Source: Minisyncoccota bacterium (GTDB lineage: Bacteria; Patescibacteriota; Minisyncoccia; Phycocordibacterales; SBAW01). Taken from it: a stretch of 64,000 nt of DNA. Below the pieces are notes generated by a model that saw only the letters and a program-made list of their open reading frames with translations, made no database searches and was not told the origin of the DNA. Position 1 is the first letter of the stretch. Each line of letters starts with the position of its first letter. The position numbers were made by a program, and so were the translations under genes. Positions 37,531-45,715 of this stretch are shown here, piece after piece. Location: contig DASZWM010000005.1 of NCBI GenBank assembly GCA_035546615.1, positions 1 through 64,000 on the forward strand, given 5' to 3'.

Positions 37531-37603
37531 CCGCCCATAGCTCAGTCGGTAGAGCGGCTCCCTTTTAAGGAGATGGTCCTTGGTTCGAATCCAAGTGGGC
37601 GGA
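37531..37603 (+). tRNA. tRNA-Lys (anticodon TTT).
   Basis: Cloverleaf: acceptor CCGCCCA/UGGGCGG, D-arm GCUCAGUCGGUAGAGC, anticodon loop CUUUUAA, T-arm CUUGGUUCGAAUCCAAG, discriminator A. No encoded CCA. Confidence 0.85.
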
Positions 37604-37615
37604 CACGGATACTGC

Positions 37616-38569
37616 ATGAGCATATTTCCTAAAGCAAAATCTCTGATACGCAGAGGACTGGCGAGTATCGCCCGGCTCCTGCCGGCTTCGGCGCAATCCC
37701 TGCTGATTAATGTCCTTTCCGAAACCGCAGGCTCATATTCTTTGTTTCAGTCCATGGCTCGCACATATCATGTCACGGACATCCGCGTGGAGGGGAGCTA
37801 CGGCACAATCATCGGCTCTCCAGAAGATGGCGCGGTGCTTGCGGCCTATGCCCGCACCGGCGCCTGGGCGGAGGAATTCAACAGCTATTTTGGGGACTTT
37901 TTTGAAAAGAGCGGAGGCGGCACGTATATAGATATCGGAGCGAACATCGGCCTTACTACCATACCTATTGGCCGCAACGCTGCAGTTGTCTGCAAAGCGT
38001 TCGAACCCGAGCCGAGGAATTTGGCGTATCTGCAAGAGAACGTGCGGGAAAATTGTCCGGCAGGAAATGTCGAGATATTTAATACCGCTCTTTTTGACGC
38101 GAAAACCACCATCGAATTCGAGCTTGCCGAGCGCAACTTAGGCGACCACCGGATTCGCTTCAGCGGCGAGGACGGCGCATATGGGGAAAAAGGGCGTACC
38201 CAAATTGTCGTAGAGGCGGATCTGCTGGACAATGTGCTCGATCTGAAAACGCTGCCGCAGCCCATAGCGGTGAAGATAGACACGCAGGGCGCAGAGGCCC
38301 ATGTCTTTGCCGGAGGCCGCACTGTTCTCGCATCCGCCCGGCTTGTGGCCTTCGAGTTCTGGCCTTATGGTCTTGCGCGGGCGCAGGGGGACACAGCTTC
38401 CGTGCGGCGATTCTTGGAGAAGAATTTTACGGAAGGGGCCGCTGCAGCGGAATCCCAGAACGAGCCCCTGGTCTGGCAGCCAGTACGCGCTATTACGCAG
38501 CTCATGGAGGAGCTGGAGAAGGATGCGGCCAATCCGAAAGTGTACAAGAATATCTTCGTAAGAAAGTAG
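37616..38569 (+). CDS. FkbM-family methyltransferase.
   Basis: GTYIDIGANIGLTT SAM-binding motif and a KIDTQGAE catalytic-region motif typical of the FkbM family. Start taken at ATG 37616; the upstream part of the tracked ORF overlaps the tRNA. Confidence 0.65.
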   Translation: MSIFPKAKSLIRRGLASIARLLPASAQSLLINVLSETAGSYSLFQSMARTYHVTDIRVEGSYGTIIGSPEDGAVLAAYARTGAWAEEFNSYFGDFFEKSGGGTYIDIGANIGLTTIPIGRNAAVVCKAFEPEPRNLAYLQENVRENCPAGNVEIFNTALFDAKTTIEFELAERNLGDHRIRFSGEDGAYGEKGRTQIVVEADLLDNVLDLKTLPQPIAVKIDTQGAEAHVFAGGRTVLASARLVAFEFWPYGLARAQGDTASVRRFLEKNFTEGAAAAESQNEPLVWQPVRAITQLMEELEKDAANPKVYKNIFVRK

Positions 38570-38574
38570 ATTTG

Positions 38575-39045
38575 CTATTGTAGCAGCACAAACGTTGCGA
38601 TTCCTGCTGCTACCGAAACATTCAGCGATTCTTTTTTGCCGCGCATGGGGATTTCTACTATCGCGTCGACTAGCTTGAGCGATTGTTTGGAAACGCCGCG
38701 CACTTCGTTGCCGAGCACGAGCGCCAGCGGCTTATCCTTCGGACCTTTGAATTCGAATAGGGAACTGGAGCTTTTGTCTTGCTCAACCGCAACGATGTAG
38801 AAGCCTTCTTTTTTAAGCCGGCTTACCGCTGCCGCAAGCGTTTTTGTCTGCTCCCAAGGAATCGTTTTTTCTGCGCCGAGCGACACTTTTGAAAAGTCTT
38901 TGCGCGGCAGGTTGAATCGATCCACCGGCGCGGGCGTATAGCCCGAGAGAAGTACCTTGGATACGCCGGCCGCATCCGCCGTGCGGAAAATGCTCCCGAC
39001 GTTATGGACGCTGCGGATGTTATGGAGAATGAGGGCGGAGGCCAC
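38575..39045 (-). CDS. SpoU/TrmH-family RNA 2'-O-methyltransferase (TrmL-size).
   Basis: SPOUT motifs HNVGSIFRTADAAG, LVLGNEVRG and ESLNVSVAAGI. 156 aa. Confidence 0.8.
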   Translation of the reverse strand: MASALILHNIRSVHNVGSIFRTADAAGVSKVLLSGYTPAPVDRFNLPRKDFSKVSLGAEKTIPWEQTKTLAAAVSRLKKEGFYIVAVEQDKSSSSLFEFKGPKDKPLALVLGNEVRGVSKQSLKLVDAIVEIPMRGKKESLNVSVAAGIATFVLLQ

Positions 39046-39054
39046 CCTTCCGTT

Positions 39055-39462
39055 TTACAGCCCCGGCGTGTCGAATGCAAAGATGCCCGCGCCCGTAAGC
39101 ATAAGCGACGCGCAGATGACGAGGATGAGGAAGTACGTGGAGCGAGAGAAGAGGAATACTGTCGGATATCGTTTGCCGAGCAGGAGCCCCTTGATGGCGC
39201 CAAGCGTTCCCAGAAGCGCCGCTATCTGCGTATAGTAGCCCAGGAAGAGCATGAGGCCCGCGACGAAGTGGAACAGTACCGCGAGCCAAGCCACCCATTC
39301 GCCCCTGCCAACAAGAGGAAAGGAGAGCTGTGCCGTGGCTTCGCGTGCTTTCCAGTGCCTGTATCCCGCGTACAAAAACATGGCGGCAATCGCCAGGCGC
39401 AGCAGGGTAGGGGCGAATATGCGGAAATCGAACAGATGCGGGAAAGGCATAAAGATATCCAT
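39055..39462 (-). CDS. DoxX-family membrane protein.
   Basis: Four TM helices; LRLAIAAMFLYAGYRHW resembles the DoxX signature. 135 aa. Confidence 0.7.
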   Translation of the reverse strand: MDIFMPFPHLFDFRIFAPTLLRLAIAAMFLYAGYRHWKAREATAQLSFPLVGRGEWVAWLAVLFHFVAGLMLFLGYYTQIAALLGTLGAIKGLLLGKRYPTVFLFSRSTYFLILVICASLMLTGAGIFAFDTPGL

Positions 39463-39466
39463 AAGC

Positions 39467-39709
39467 TTATTGGCCTTGATTATTATTAGTAGTGCTGTCG
39501 TCGGGATTGGAAACGGTCTGCGGATGTCCTATTTGCGGGCCGTATCCGCCGCCGGGGCCAAGCGGCGCGGGGGGAGCAAGGAATACGCCGCGCAGGTCGG
39601 CGTTCTTATACGCGCCGCTTGCGAACCAGAGGAAGACCAGAATGGCCATCCCGCCGAGCACCATAAGGAGCAGCTGCATCGGATCGTGGTGCGGTTTCTC
39701 GTCTGCCAT
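39467..39709 (-). CDS. Small hypothetical membrane protein (80 aa).
   Basis: One TM segment (LLLMVLGGMAILVFLWFA) and a Gly/Pro-rich tail. Tightly packed between the DoxX and Mur ligase genes on the same strand. Confidence 0.4.
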   Translation of the reverse strand: MADEKPHHDPMQLLLMVLGGMAILVFLWFASGAYKNADLRGVFLAPPAPLGPGGGYGPQIGHPQTVSNPDDSTTNNNQGQ

Positions 39710-39729
39710 GGGTTTATTCTACCACCCCT

Positions 39730-41004
39730 CTACTTCTTCTTTCTTGTTCCTTCGCCTTCGTAGCCAAGCTTTGCGAGCTCTTCCTGAGCGACCCTCCGGT
39801 CGCTCCAGACTTCCTTGGTTCCCTTGGGGCCCATGATGTACGGGTCGGTGCCTTTGCCGGTTATGAGCACCGCGTCGTTCTGCTTTGCCTCGCGCAAGGC
39901 CTCGCGTATGGCGGCGTGGCGGTTGAGAATAATGTGCGGTTTCTTTTTAGAAAATCCTTTGGCGATTTCAGACACTATCTTCTGCGGGTCCTCGTCATAC
40001 GGGTCCTCGTTGGTGAGTATCGCAACGTCGCAATATTCGTCGGCTATTTTGCCCATTTCCGCGCGCTTCCACGTGTCGCGGCCGCCGCCGGTTGAGCCCA
40101 GGACGCCGATGATGCGGTGGTCTTTGTGGTAGGTCTCGTACAGGGCCTTGAGCGAATCCGGCGTGTGCGCGTAATCAACGACGACAAGATAGGGCTGCGG
40201 TCCCGGCACGCGCTCCGCGCGGCCGGCGATGGGCGCCTGGTGCTCGAGCGCGCGCTTGGCCGCCTTCATGGGGACTCCCATGGCGTTGGCGAGCGTAAGC
40301 GCGGCGAGGATGTTGCGCAGGTTAAATACTCCCGGCAGCGGCACGGTGAACAGCTCGCCGCGCTTCCATACGAAGCGCACGGAAGAGTCGTCGGTGTTGT
40401 ACGGCTCGGCGTCGCGCAGGGAAAACGGCTCCTTCACCTCGATATCGATGTCCATGAACTTCTCGCCGTACTTGTCGTCGGCGTTGGCGACGATATAGCG
40501 CGGGCGCTTGCGCGAGGATTCCAAGTGCTTCGCGAGCGAAAGCTTCGCCTCCGCGTACTTCTCGAAGCTGCCGTGGCTTTCGATGTGCTCCGGCTGGAGG
40601 TTGGTGAACACGAGGGCGTCGAGCTCGATGCCTTTGTGGCGGAACTGGCGCGCGCCCTCGGACGTCATTTCGATGACCGCGTGCGTGCAGCCGGCCTCGA
40701 CCGCGCGGCGCAGGAACTTCTGGAGGAAGAGCCGCCCCGGCATCGTCATCTTGAACAGGTTCGGCTCAGATTCGGCGCCTATCGAGAAGCGGATGGTGCT
40801 TGCGGCCGCGACATTGTGGCCGGCTTCCATAAGTATGGAGCGAATGAGCTCGACGGTCGTGGACTTTCCCTTGGTGCCGGTGACGGCGATGACGAAGAGC
40901 TTGCGGGAAGGGAAGCGGTAGACGATGCTGCCGAGCATGGCGAACGAACGGTAGTACAGCTCGAAGACGGGAGCGGGGACTATTTTTTTAAGCAGGCGTT
41001 TCAT
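39730..41004 (-). CDS. Mur ligase family protein (MurE/MurF-like, lacking the N-terminal domain).
   Basis: ATP-binding VTGTKGKSTT. Mur ligase middle-domain motifs (DALVFTNLQPEHIESH; VVVDYAHTPDSL). C-terminal domain GKGTDPY. Confidence 0.75.
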   Translation of the reverse strand: MKRLLKKIVPAPVFELYYRSFAMLGSIVYRFPSRKLFVIAVTGTKGKSTTVELIRSILMEAGHNVAAASTIRFSIGAESEPNLFKMTMPGRLFLQKFLRRAVEAGCTHAVIEMTSEGARQFRHKGIELDALVFTNLQPEHIESHGSFEKYAEAKLSLAKHLESSRKRPRYIVANADDKYGEKFMDIDIEVKEPFSLRDAEPYNTDDSSVRFVWKRGELFTVPLPGVFNLRNILAALTLANAMGVPMKAAKRALEHQAPIAGRAERVPGPQPYLVVVDYAHTPDSLKALYETYHKDHRIIGVLGSTGGGRDTWKRAEMGKIADEYCDVAILTNEDPYDEDPQKIVSEIAKGFSKKKPHIILNRHAAIREALREAKQNDAVLITGKGTDPYIMGPKGTKEVWSDRRVAQEELAKLGYEGEGTRKKK

Positions 41005-41009
41005 AGTAA

Positions 41010-41606
41010 TTATTTCATTGAACCCAGATGTTTAAGCGCGGCGGCCAGGCGTTCGCGCACCGCGGCGGCCTCGGGCGCATCCTTCGCACTTTCTTTTACC
41101 GCTTTGCGGGATTCGGACGCGGAGTACCCGAGCGCCATAAGCGCTTCAATCACTTCGCCGTCGCCTCCGGCACCCACGGCTTCGCCCCGCGCGGCCGCCT
41201 GGTCCGCCAGCTTATCGCGCAGTTCCACCACGATACGCTCCGCGCTCTTTTTGCCGATGCCAAACACTTTGGTGAGTATCGTGCTGTCGCCTTGCGCGAT
41301 GGAGCGCTTAAGCGTTGAGGCTTCGGCGACATTGAGTATGCCGAGCGCCGATTTCGGGCCGATGCCCGAGACGCTCGTGAGCTCCCGGAAGAAGGCGAGG
41401 TCGTCGCCGGTTGCAAAACCGTACAGGTCTATCGCGTCCTCGCGCACCGCCGTATGTATAAATAGAGAGATGTCGCCCGCGCGGCCGCTCATGGAAGATA
41501 TAAGGAGCGCCGGTACGCGCACGCAGTAGCCTACGCCGCCTACCTCCACTATGAGCGTCCCGTCTCCCGCCGTTCCCCCGTATCGTCCGGTCAGTTTGCC
41601 AATCAT
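41010..41606 (-). CDS. ruvA: Holliday junction DNA helicase RuvA.
   Basis: MIGKLTG N-terminus, OB-fold, two HhH motifs (VSGIGPKSALGIL; VFGIGKKSAERIV), and a C-terminal RuvB-interacting domain. Confidence 0.9.
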   Translation of the reverse strand: MIGKLTGRYGGTAGDGTLIVEVGGVGYCVRVPALLISSMSGRAGDISLFIHTAVREDAIDLYGFATGDDLAFFRELTSVSGIGPKSALGILNVAEASTLKRSIAQGDSTILTKVFGIGKKSAERIVVELRDKLADQAAARGEAVGAGGDGEVIEALMALGYSASESRKAVKESAKDAPEAAAVRERLAAALKHLGSMK

Positions 41607-41630
41607 GTAGTATTAGAGTACTATCTTCGC

Positions 41631-41873
41631 ATGGCAATTACCAAATCCGCCAAGAAAGCCCACCGCCAAAGCCTTCGCCGGAAGGTTATGAACGATGCGC
41701 GCAAGGACGCTTTGCGCGGGGCATTCAAGGGTATCCGCACGGCGGCCAAGGGTGACACCAAGGCTATCGCGGCGGCATACAAGGCTATCGATAAGGCGCT
41801 CAAGGGCGGCCTTATCAAGAAGAACACTGCCGCTCGCCGCAAATCAAAGGTTGCGCGGGCGCTTAAGGCCTAA
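41631..41873 (+). CDS. rpsT: 30S ribosomal protein S20.
   Basis: MAITKSAKKAHRQSLRRKVMN… is the typical S20 N-terminus. 80 aa, basic. Confidence 0.9.
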   Translation: MAITKSAKKAHRQSLRRKVMNDARKDALRGAFKGIRTAAKGDTKAIAAAYKAIDKALKGGLIKKNTAARRKSKVARALKA

Positions 41874-41888
41874 CTCTTTAGGCCACCC

Positions 41889-41960
41889 CCTCTCGTCGTT
41901 CAATGGATAGGACGCCTCCCTCCGAAGGAGGCGATGCAGGTTCGATTCCTGCCGAGAGGA
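41889..41960 (+). tRNA. tRNA-Arg (anticodon CCG), with an unusual C1:G72 first pair.
   Basis: Acceptor CCUCUCG/CGAGAGG, D-arm GUUCAAUGGAUAGGAC, anticodon stem CCUCC/GGAGG with loop CUCCGAA, T-arm GCAGGUUCGAUUCCUGC, discriminator A. The D and T arms are near-identical to the tRNA at 49626-49697. Confidence 0.6.
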
Positions 41961-42083
41961 CAAATTTCACGAAGTGAAATGTGCCTCTCGGAGCGCGCCA
42001 ACTGCTTGGCGCGAGTAAGGAATCGAAAGGCTTTTCGTTGCTTCGTCTAATAAAGTCGAAAAGCACCCGCGACGGGAGTCGAG

Positions 42084-42105
42084 ATTCCTGCCGAGAGGAC
42101 AAATT
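42084..42105 (+). repeat. Direct repeat copy of the tRNA-Arg 3' end (T-arm + acceptor + 6 nt downstream).
   Basis: gattcctgccgagaggacaaat is identical to 41945-41966 inside and just after the tRNA. A third, degenerate copy (ttcctgccgagagaacggatttt) is at 45645-45667 upstream of the second paralog. Confidence 0.55.
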
Positions 42106-42131
42106 GTGCATAAACAGCCTGGCGGAAAAAA

Positions 42132-43961
42132 ATGCGCTACTATGTATGCATGGTTCTACACCGCTCTTTGTCCGGCCTGACGTTCATCATCAGCATATTT
42201 GTATTTCTCTTCGCGCTTGCGATATTTTTTCCGCCTTCGTTCGCCAGTGCCGGAGGAGGGGGTGGGGGAAGCGGCGGGGGAGGCGCATCCTGCCCGCCGT
42301 TCGCGACGGACCCCCCTGCGGTGGCAGCTGTGCCGGGATATAAGCCTGCAGGCCCCACCCTCTACGAGATGCCGGGAAGCCTGGGATATTTCGACGCCGT
42401 CGTTCCCACCGTTGTAAAGCGGGCCTGGTACAACAAGATGCCGTCGGCCGGCGTATGTGGCGGGCAACAGATGGGCCTATGCATGACCGACAATTTTTCC
42501 GTTATCCAAGGAACGAAGATAGCGGCTCTCACCGCCTCTATGAATATCAAGCTCGGCAAGCCGGCGGCGTCGCAGGTGAGCATAGACGCTGTTACCAAGC
42601 CAATCAGCAATAACTGCGGACAAACTTCGACGCTCTGGTCGTACGTGCTTACCCCTTCGGCGGGGGACTTTACGATGAAGGTCCCCAAAGGCGTTTCGAT
42701 AGACCTGACCTACAGCTGTCAGCCGAACCAGACCTATACCTGGGAGACGCACACCAGCTGCTTTTTGGGCATCGGCAACTGCAACGTCCGGCAGCATGCG
42801 CGCTCGTTCATGTTCGCGGACCGCGCGGTAAGCAACATTCCCTCGGGCTCTTCCGGCCTTTCAGGCACCAAGACCTTCGTGCCCCAGGAAGGCACGTCCT
42901 ATTCGCTCGCCTGCGGCGGCTACCGTCCCGAGAACGGCAGCGCGACTCCTCCCACCTACGGCTCAGCGAGCAGCGCCGGAGGCGTATGCTTCCTCGGCAT
43001 CGACTGCGACAGCGGCGGCGACTTCTCCTCCTACAACGTCAAGGACTCCTCCTACCAGCAGCCCCCGCTGGCCATGTCTGTGGAGGCCTGCACCGGCGAC
43101 GACGAGGTAGTCGTCAATAACGTTTGCACCCCATGCTCGCAGGTGCTCCCGGGGAGCTGGCGCATCGAGAACATATGCGTCACTTCCTTGCCCGTGGTTT
43201 CCATTGACGCGTTCGTGAACGGAAAGTCGGTGAGCACCACGACTCCCGGCATCCCGGTTACCATACGCGCCACGTACGTTTCCACCACGTCCGACCCGAT
43301 AGCCGGCGCCGTCATCAATGGCGGGACCAAGGGCAAGGATACGCCGGCGTGCACCGGCTCGTGCATGCAGACTACCTATAGCCGCACCAAGGCCACCGCT
43401 ACCACTACGTACACATTCACGCCGAGCGCTTCGGGCGTTTTCACCTTCTATCCCTCGGTGCAGACCAAGCTGCTTGCCGCCTGGAGCAATTATGGCGATG
43501 TGTCGAAGACGCTCATCGTGGGCAACGCGTGTCCGGCTAACGCCACGCCCTCGGGCTCGAGCTGCACGTGCAACGACAAGTACTCCGCCTATATCGGCAA
43601 CGCGTGCGTGCTGACGTGCCCCGCGACCATGCATCCAAACATGAGCGGCAGCACCTGCATCGCCAACCTTCCCACGAGCGCGATGCTGGACTTCACCGCC
43701 CTGCGCGTGCGCGAAGGCGCCAGGTCCACCCTGTCATGGACGATACGAGGCATGCAGAGCGGCATCGCCTGCGACATCGCGCCGCGCGAGCTGCTTGAGA
43801 GTCCCATGCCGGCCTACCCCGGAGGCTCCACGTGGAGCGGCGCTCTCGGGACCACCCCCATCAAGGATCCCACGCGCTATACCCTGAGCTGCACCAACGG
43901 GGAGGAGACGGTTAGCAAGACAACGACCGTGCAGCTTATCCCCGAGTACCAGGAAATCTAA
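42132..43961 (+). CDS. Cys-rich secreted/surface protein, short paralog of the 45716-49552 gene.
   Basis: N-terminal hydrophobic anchor or signal (LTFIISIFVFLFALAIFFPPSFASA) and a short Gly run. Numerous Cys residues. The C-terminal ~90 aa are clearly homologous to the larger paralog (…STLSWTIRGMQSGIACDIAPRELLESPMPAYPGGSTW…YTLSCTNGEE…IPEYQEI). An alternative start is ATG 42150. Confidence 0.6.
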   Translation: MRYYVCMVLHRSLSGLTFIISIFVFLFALAIFFPPSFASAGGGGGGSGGGGASCPPFATDPPAVAAVPGYKPAGPTLYEMPGSLGYFDAVVPTVVKRAWYNKMPSAGVCGGQQMGLCMTDNFSVIQGTKIAALTASMNIKLGKPAASQVSIDAVTKPISNNCGQTSTLWSYVLTPSAGDFTMKVPKGVSIDLTYSCQPNQTYTWETHTSCFLGIGNCNVRQHARSFMFADRAVSNIPSGSSGLSGTKTFVPQEGTSYSLACGGYRPENGSATPPTYGSASSAGGVCFLGIDCDSGGDFSSYNVKDSSYQQPPLAMSVEACTGDDEVVVNNVCTPCSQVLPGSWRIENICVTSLPVVSIDAFVNGKSVSTTTPGIPVTIRATYVSTTSDPIAGAVINGGTKGKDTPACTGSCMQTTYSRTKATATTTYTFTPSASGVFTFYPSVQTKLLAAWSNYGDVSKTLIVGNACPANATPSGSSCTCNDKYSAYIGNACVLTCPATMHPNMSGSTCIANLPTSAMLDFTALRVREGARSTLSWTIRGMQSGIACDIAPRELLESPMPAYPGGSTWSGALGTTPIKDPTRYTLSCTNGEETVSKTTTVQLIPEYQEI

Positions 43962-45498
43962 TGTTTTTCTTGCGCGCGTACGCGGCCAGGAAAAGCGCCG
44001 CAATGGCCGCGTAGAGCGGATAGCTTCCCGCGAGCGAGTACAGCGTCGCGCGTCGCGCTTCGGGGATCTCGAGCGTGCCCTGAAGCAGGCCCTGCTGTCT
44101 GAAGCCGAGCGACTTCACCACGGCGCCGCGTGCGTCTATGAGCGCCGACGGCCCTTCTATAGAGGCCCGCACGGCGGGAATATTGTTCTCGGCGGCGCGG
44201 TAGCGGGCGGCCGTGAGGCTGTATGCCTCGCCGGCGTCTTCGGGCAGTATCCACTCGAACCCCATATTAAGGAAGAAGCCGGCGCCCTTGGCGTCGCGGC
44301 GGGCAAGGCCCGCCAGGTGTATTTCCGAGCACTGGAGGCTTGCGGCGACAACGCCGCTTTCAAGCTCGACAACGCCGCTTCCGGTGCCGGCGCTCAGGGG
44401 AGCGGGCGTCGGCCCGAAGCCGAAAGAAGCGTACGCAGGCGCGTATTCTGTAAATGCGAATAAGTTGCGTTTATCGTAAGCGGCGGCCAGCGTCCCCGAA
44501 TGCCAGAAGTGATATGTCTGGAAGTATTCGCCGCCCCGGTACGCGAGGTCCCAGGTAACCACCGTGCTCGAGGCGGGCGCGTTCTCGCGCATCCAGTCAT
44601 CGAGCGCCCGGCGCGGGAAGAACCGCAATTCTCCATAGCCGTCCGCGGGCGGCGCGCCCTCGTAGGCGACCTCGTTCGCCACTGCCGCCGGATAGACGAC
44701 GAGTTCATTCCCTTGCGCTCCGGCTTCGCGCAGCGCCGCGGCGAGCGCCGGGAACGTGAGGCGGTCCTGGTATACGTTGGCGAACGGGAGCGCGTCGCGC
44801 GGTCCCGCCTGCACCACGGCGACGCGCATCTCCCGCGGCGCGGGAGCGCCCCCGAGGTACCGCTCGTGCGCGAAGCACAGGAGCCATGCCGCCAGCGCGA
44901 GATATGCGGCCAGCGCGAGGGCCCGCCTGCGCTGGCCGCGCGGTGCGGCCAGCAGTTCTCCCGCGAGCGCTCCCGCGAGCGCAACCGTGAACGAGACGAG
45001 AGCCTCTCCTCCCAGCGCCGCTCCCGCGAAGGAGGCTGGCAGGAAGCCCGTCGTGTACGCCAGCGCGCCGAGATAATAATGGCCGGTCACCCACTGGAGG
45101 GCGCTTTCAAGCGTGACATACGCTCCCGCGAACAGCGCCGCATTGAGGAGAATCGAATCAAAGCGAAACGCGCGGTAGAGAACGATGCAGCCGCCCCCCA
45201 CGCATCCGAACAGGAGCGCCCACAGGACGGGGCTGCAGTGTATGAGCTCCAGGACGAACGGCGCGTCGGAGGGCCATGCGAAGCCCGTAAAGATAAAAGC
45301 GGAAAGCGATGCGCCGGGCAGGGCGCCGGCAATAAAACCCGCGACGAACAGGTGTTTTGCGGGGATGGGGGCCCTTCGCGCGGCGACAAAGACCACCGGC
45401 GCGAACGCCATAAGGGAGAAAAGGGGAGCGGAAAAAGGCGGCAGGGCCAGTGCAAGCAATACTCCCGAGGCGGCCGCAAAAACAAGGCTCATGACCAT
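43936..45498 (-). CDS. lnt: Apolipoprotein N-acyltransferase-like protein (Lnt family: polytopic N-terminal domain + CN-hydrolase domain).
   Basis: 6-7 N-terminal TM helices, then a nitrilase-fold region with a Cys motif LQCSEIHLAG (corresponding to the ICYE catalytic Cys region of Lnt). Start taken at ATG 45498; the ORF-track start at 45804 would overlap the downstream paralog. Confidence 0.65.
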   Translation of the reverse strand: MVMSLVFAAASGVLLALALPPFSAPLFSLMAFAPVVFVAARRAPIPAKHLFVAGFIAGALPGASLSAFIFTGFAWPSDAPFVLELIHCSPVLWALLFGCVGGGCIVLYRAFRFDSILLNAALFAGAYVTLESALQWVTGHYYLGALAYTTGFLPASFAGAALGGEALVSFTVALAGALAGELLAAPRGQRRRALALAAYLALAAWLLCFAHERYLGGAPAPREMRVAVVQAGPRDALPFANVYQDRLTFPALAAALREAGAQGNELVVYPAAVANEVAYEGAPPADGYGELRFFPRRALDDWMRENAPASSTVVTWDLAYRGGEYFQTYHFWHSGTLAAAYDKRNLFAFTEYAPAYASFGFGPTPAPLSAGTGSGVVELESGVVAASLQCSEIHLAGLARRDAKGAGFFLNMGFEWILPEDAGEAYSLTAARYRAAENNIPAVRASIEGPSALIDARGAVVKSLGFRQQGLLQGTLEIPEARRATLYSLAGSYPLYAAIAALFLAAYARKKNIRFPGTRG

Positions 45499-45715
45499 GA
45501 CGCAAGTATACTGTCTCCGCGCTGACCCTGCTTGCGGCATCCTTGCTGCCGGCATTCGGGCAGGCGTTCGTCTATTTCTGCAAACAGTCCTCCCGCCTCG
45601 GGGGCCTGGGCCGCATCCAGCGACGGCGAGAGGAGAGCCGAAGGCGTTTCCTGCCGAGAGAACGGATTTTGTGGACAAAATATTATGTAGCGAATTCTCG
45701 GGGTAGTATAGAAGA

